This document shows, one piece after another, positions 59,903 to 64,000 of a stretch of 64,000 nucleotides of DNA; the first letter of the stretch is position 1, and each line of letters begins with the position of its first letter. This DNA is from Patescibacteria group bacterium. GTDB lineage: Bacteria > Patescibacteriota > Microgenomatia > Daviesbacterales > UBA10151. Under the pieces are notes generated by a model, which saw only the letters and a list, made by a program, of their open reading frames with translations, was not told the origin of the DNA and did not search any database. The stretch lies in assembly GCA_038064895.1 (NCBI GenBank), contig JBBTSA010000010.1:118616-182615 (forward strand), given 5' to 3'. Position numbers and translations under genes: made by a program.

Positions 59903-60802
59903 ATGACAAAAATCTCTTCATTCAGTAGTATGAAAGATTATATTTCTTTAGCAACTGCTACATTTTATCCGTCATGGCCCTTTGATAAATCAGATAAAGT
60001 TAGGGGTGATTTGGCAATTGAAACATTGAAAGCAATAAAGCAAATGGGGCTTTCGCTTTATATATCAGATGGGGGAAGTTCAGAAGGTTTTCTTACTAAA
60101 ATTTCAAGCCTAGGATATAAAATATATACACAAAAAAAAGGCGGGTTAAGTGCCGGTCGAAGACAGGCTCTAACTCAAGCAAGTCTTAAAAAGGATAGCC
60201 TGGCTATTGTTTTATTTGAACCTGAAAAAGTATCATTTATAAAAGAATGCTTAATCAAGTTAGTTCAGTCTATAATAGAATCTCAAGCGGATATGGTAAT
60301 ACCAAAAAGGGATGAAGAATCATTTTTATCTTATCCATATTATCAAGCATCGTCTGAAAGGCTTCTTAATTCACTAATGGCTTCAATGATAATAAATGCT
60401 TTGAAAAAAAAGGGGGGGGCAATTCCAAAAAAAATTAATGAGATCGATTTTTTATTTGGACCGAAAATAATCTCAAATAAGCCCCACATTTTAGATCTGT
60501 TTATGGATAAATATGCCAGCAAAAATCTATCGGATGAGAAAAAATTTCAATGCGAGGTTTGGGCGAATGCTCTATTCTTCCCACTATTTGTAGCTTTATA
60601 TAAGGGGTCCAAGGTTATTAGTTTGCCTGTATCTTATTTTCACCCCAAAAGCCAAACACTTGTGGAGAAAAGTAACCCTTTATTCATTAGAAAAAGAGAG
60701 CACCAATTTAAAACTCTGCTGGATGCAACTAAAGAGCTTCTCTTACTACTTGAAAATAATCCTAAGTCACGTATAAAATATACTGGAAGATTTTATGAAT
60801 AA
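59903..60802 (+). CDS. Divergent GT-A/GT2-like protein (EPEK type)
   Basis: ISDGGSS, GLSAGRRQA, LFEPEK in the DxD position, DMVIPKR. Confidence 0.6.
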   Translation: MTKISSFSSMKDYISLATATFYPSWPFDKSDKVRGDLAIETLKAIKQMGLSLYISDGGSSEGFLTKISSLGYKIYTQKKGGLSAGRRQALTQASLKKDSLAIVLFEPEKVSFIKECLIKLVQSIIESQADMVIPKRDEESFLSYPYYQASSERLLNSLMASMIINALKKKGGAIPKKINEIDFLFGPKIISNKPHILDLFMDKYASKNLSDEKKFQCEVWANALFFPLFVALYKGSKVISLPVSYFHPKSQTLVEKSNPLFIRKREHQFKTLLDATKELLLLLENNPKSRIKYTGRFYE

Positions 60803-61730
60803 ATCATCAAAGATTTATATTGCAGGACATAAGGGGCTTGTAGGATCTGCTATTTTGCATAAATTCCAATCCGAAGGATATAAAAATATTATTACAAGAA
60901 CCCATTCTGAATTGGATCTCACAAGACAAGATTTGGTAGAAGATTTTTTTAATCAGGAAAAACCTCATTATGTCATTATAGCGGCCGCTCGCGTTGGAGG
61001 TATAAAAGCAAATATGACCTATCCTGCAGAATTCTTATATGAAAATTTAAGTATTCAAAATAATATAATTTGGTCAGCTCTTAAAACCGGCACAAAAAAG
61101 TTAATGTTTTTAGGAAGTTCTTGTATCTATCCCCGGCAGTGTCCTCAACCCATGAAAGAAGAGTACTTACTAACCGGTAAACTGGAACCAACAAATGAAG
61201 CATACGCGGTTGCTAAAGTCGCAGGTCTAAAATTATGTGAATACATAAAGCGTGAATTAAAAAAATCATTTATTTCTGTAATGCCAACGACTATTTATGG
61301 GCCAAAGGACCATTTTGACCCGCTCATCGCTCATGTAGTTCCTTCTTTAATAAGAAGAATGGTGGAAGCTAAAAAATTAAACTCTAAGTCTATAGAAATT
61401 TGGGGAACAGGTAATTCCAGAAGGGAATTTTTATATGTTGATGATTTAGCGGATGCAATTTATTTTCTAATGCAAAACTATGATAGTAAAGATTTTATTA
61501 ATATAGGTGTTGGCAACGATATCTCTATTAAAGAACTGACATATATCTTAAAAGATCTTACCGGGTTTAAGGGTAAGTTAGTCTTTGATAGATCTAAACC
61601 GGACGGCATGCCTAGAAAACTAATGGATACTCAAAGGCTTAATAAACTTGGCTGGAGACCAAAGGTTGATCTCAGGGAAGGATTAAAACAAACTATTGAT
61701 TGGTATATGGAAACATTATCGAAAGACTAA
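60795..61730 (+). CDS. fcl: GDP-L-fucose synthase / GDP-colitose synthase (Fcl/ColC)
   Basis: AGHKGLVGSA, AARVGGI, GSSCIYP, LEPTNEAYAVAK, WGTG..RREF, KPDGMPRK. Confidence 0.9.
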   Translation: MNKSSKIYIAGHKGLVGSAILHKFQSEGYKNIITRTHSELDLTRQDLVEDFFNQEKPHYVIIAAARVGGIKANMTYPAEFLYENLSIQNNIIWSALKTGTKKLMFLGSSCIYPRQCPQPMKEEYLLTGKLEPTNEAYAVAKVAGLKLCEYIKRELKKSFISVMPTTIYGPKDHFDPLIAHVVPSLIRRMVEAKKLNSKSIEIWGTGNSRREFLYVDDLADAIYFLMQNYDSKDFINIGVGNDISIKELTYILKDLTGFKGKLVFDRSKPDGMPRKLMDTQRLNKLGWRPKVDLREGLKQTIDWYMETLSKD

Positions 61731-62857
61731 TATGGCTCGATTATTTTATTTATAAAATCAAGACTCTCAAGGATAGATTGCTTCCATGAGAATTTTTTAC
61801 TCCATTTTACTGCTTCTACTCTCATTCTCTGATATCTACTATAATTACTTAATAAATCCATTAGTTCAGAAGCTAAACTATTTACGGAATGTTGTTTATC
61901 AATTATTCCAGTTTTACCATTTAAAATAGAATCTCTAAGACCCGGCACATCAAATGCAACGGTTGGTGTACCCATTGCAGCTGCCTCGATTACCACTAAA
62001 CCCCAACCTTCACGGATTGAAGGATTTATTAAAACATGTGCTTTTGCTAACAGTTTATATTTCTTTTTTTCTGAAACATGTCCCCAGAACTTAACTTTTT
62101 TAGAAATTCCCAAATCTTTAACCTTTTTTTTAAGATAATCTAAATATTTTAATTCTGATCTACCCACAACCCAAAATTGCCATCCCTTTTGTGCACGATT
62201 AACTGTAGCAAAAACTTTTATAGCATCTTCTATACCCTTATCTTTGCTTAATACACCAAGATAAATCAGAGTTTTATTCTTTTCTTTTGGGGGAAGTTTC
62301 TTTTTTCGGGGTTGATCTATACCATTATGTACAATCGTAATATTTTTTGGAGGAACTCCCCACAAAGTTAGATCTTGTTTTGTGGAATCCGATACCGTTA
62401 TAAATGGTATTCGGCTATATATTAATTTAAAGATAAATGGCTCAAATAATGGTCCAAAAAGAGCAGGAAGTAAATTAAATGGTGTTGGCCAAGAGTTGAA
62501 CTTCCATACCTCCTTAGTAACCTCGTGTATAAAAGCTAATTTTTTAGTTCTAATATAAAGAGGGGTAAAAAAGGGTATGCCGTGAAATTGATCTATCACT
62601 AAATCAAATTTTTTGTGACTACCAAATAGATACCATATAAAGGCTTGAAGTTGAACTCCAAAAATTTCGGATCCAACTCTTTTGACATTAATTCCATCAA
62701 GTGTCTCCTCATTTTTGGCTCCTTTAAAGTTTGCTGTAAAAAGGGTTACATTATGCCCTGCGCTTACCCAACCTTTAGCATGCTCATGAGTTGATATTTC
62801 TGCTCCGCCCGCATTCGGATGACCCGGTCCACGCCAAGAGAAAAGTAATATATTCAT
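61727..62857 (-). CDS. GT4 glycosyltransferase
   Basis: HPNAGGAE, EGWGLVVIEAAAMGTP, VPGLRDS. Confidence 0.93.
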   Translation of the reverse strand: MNILLFSWRGPGHPNAGGAEISTHEHAKGWVSAGHNVTLFTANFKGAKNEETLDGINVKRVGSEIFGVQLQAFIWYLFGSHKKFDLVIDQFHGIPFFTPLYIRTKKLAFIHEVTKEVWKFNSWPTPFNLLPALFGPLFEPFIFKLIYSRIPFITVSDSTKQDLTLWGVPPKNITIVHNGIDQPRKKKLPPKEKNKTLIYLGVLSKDKGIEDAIKVFATVNRAQKGWQFWVVGRSELKYLDYLKKKVKDLGISKKVKFWGHVSEKKKYKLLAKAHVLINPSIREGWGLVVIEAAAMGTPTVAFDVPGLRDSILNGKTGIIDKQHSVNSLASELMDLLSNYSRYQRMRVEAVKWSKKFSWKQSILESLDFINKIIEPY

Positions 62858-64000
62858 AAGTTTTGAACTTTATATATTACTATATTGTTACTTTTAAAGA
62901 TAACCTCCAAATTACTACTTTTGTTTAAGCAATCACTAGTTTTAGCAACAACGTATGCAATCATATTCTCTTTTAAAAATGCCTTATTGTTATCATTAAG
63001 TTCGCATCTAAAAAAGGCTTTTACCTGCTGTTTTCTGTCGGTATAATCTACCAGTAAACCATCTAGTAAGGCATCGCTTCCATAAAACAATTGCTGATTA
63101 GAATACGCTGATAAAAATACACTCACGGTAAAATCAGGGGAAGCAAGGAGTATGCCACGCTTCTGGCTGGATAAAAATCCTGCCGCTTCAACTAATTCAT
63201 TGTCTATGGTGAAAGAATTAACAGGATTATAAATCTTAATAGGATTATAAACATTTAGGGTGAAAATTACTCCGGGCAATAAGCTAAGCCAAATAAGTAA
63301 ACCCAAAGTTATGCTTAAAAGGGGCTTTCTAAGATATAGAAAACCAAGGACAACGGCTGTCAAAACTCCTAAACTAACTACGGCAGGGTAGAAAAATTGT
63401 ATTGTTACAATAGCACCACCAACATATATAAAAGACATTGTTAGAACGAAAGCCCAAAGCGCCGATAATATAAGCAGCAAAATCACTACTTTCTTAAGAA
63501 AATCTATTTTAAGAAAAGCTGAAAATAAGCCACTCAAAAAAGGCCCCAAATTAATTATCAAAAATAATAAAATTCCTTCTAAATAAAGTTTTAAGATTCC
63601 ACGATAACCCCCTATTGATAATAAATATTGTCTTTTCAACTCCCACTCCGGGAAATTTAATCTGTCAGAAGCCTCATACATTACTCTTATAAACCAAAAG
63701 GGACTAAAGATAAGGGTTTTCTGACCCAAGCTAACTGTAGGGACTAAAAATACAGCCCCAATAGGTAAACTGAAGATAAAAATTTTCAAAATAGTAAAAT
63801 TTCCAAGTAATAGCATGAAAAGGCCTAAGGTACCGATAGCGGCAAACATTACTAGTGCCGTATGGGATTTTATAGCAAAAAGTGATCCTAAAATAATTGA
63901 TATCAAAAGAATAGACTTTAAATTAAATTTTTGAATTATTAGTAGAAGATAGCAGACCGCAAAAAATAAGATCATAGAAAAAAGAAGTGGGTAGTTAACT
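62854..64000 (-). CDS. Polytopic membrane protein, GT-C-like (5' end outside the window)
   Basis: The frame stays open past the track's ATG to the window edge (..VNYPLLFSM..). Many TM segments, a Lys in a TM (FAIKSH), soluble C-terminus (FLKENMIAYVV). Confidence 0.65.
   Translation of the reverse strand, partial: VNYPLLFSMILFFAVCYLLLIIQKFNLKSILLISIILGSLFAIKSHTALVMFAAIGTLGLFMLLLGNFTILKIFIFSLPIGAVFLVPTVSLGQKTLIFSPFWFIRVMYEASDRLNFPEWELKRQYLLSIGGYRGILKLYLEGILLFLIINLGPFLSGLFSAFLKIDFLKKVVILLLILSALWAFVLTMSFIYVGGAIVTIQFFYPAVVSLGVLTAVVLGFLYLRKPLLSITLGLLIWLSLLPGVIFTLNVYNPIKIYNPVNSFTIDNELVEAAGFLSSQKRGILLASPDFTVSVFLSAYSNQQLFYGSDALLDGLLVDYTDRKQQVKAFFRCELNDNNKAFLKENMIAYVVAKTSDCLNKSSNLEVIFKSNNIVIYKVQNL

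Noticed and set aside
1-64000. CRISPR arrays, tRNA/rRNA, transposases, integrases, prophage, reverse transcriptase/DGR
   Set aside because: No intergenic gap is longer than about 90 bp, and no periodic repeats or such protein motifs were seen. Paralog similarity is ordinary divergence, not the adenine-specific TR/VR pattern as far as can be judged by eye.
1-64000. Alternative genetic code (TGA=Gly/Trp)
   Set aside because: TGA ends complete genes, often in ATGA overlaps, and code 11 gives near-complete coding density.

Overview
This AT-rich (roughly one-third GC by eye), gene-dense 64 kb window reads in standard code 11 and is almost entirely one large surface-glycosylation locus of about 58 CDS. 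The gene repertoire and style (DUF5667 protein, HIT protein, EPEK-type GT-A, no Shine-Dalgarno motifs, extreme compaction) suggest a Patescibacteria/CPR genome, probably Microgenomates; this is an inference. The locus encodes nucleotide-sugar enzymes (RmlD-like, ColD+Fcl/ColC, WbpA/B/D/E-like, two further DegT enzymes, a formyltransferase, a sugar C-methyltransferase), decorating enzymes (carbamoyltransferase, 7 methyltransferase domains) and soluble GT2/GT4 enzymes. It also carries five polyprenol-phosphate sugar synthase-like GT2s and 14 large polytopic GT-C-like membrane proteins, which fall into three paralog families (7, 3 and 2 copies) plus two singletons. No Wzx, Wzy, Wzm/Wzt or GtrA is recognisable. 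This points to an expanded lipid-carrier, extracytoplasmic glycosylation system rather than a classical O-antigen or capsule locus. Two sequence-level surprises stand out. One is an in-frame 54-bp structured insertion with a 7-bp target-site-like duplication inside a DegT aminotransferase. The other is a systematic architecture of -10 boxes 6-13 nt upstream of start codons, with back-to-back divergent genes whose starts are as little as 1-3 bp apart. No rRNA, tRNA, CRISPR array or transposase was seen. Starts were adjusted from the ORF track where overlaps or promoters supported it.
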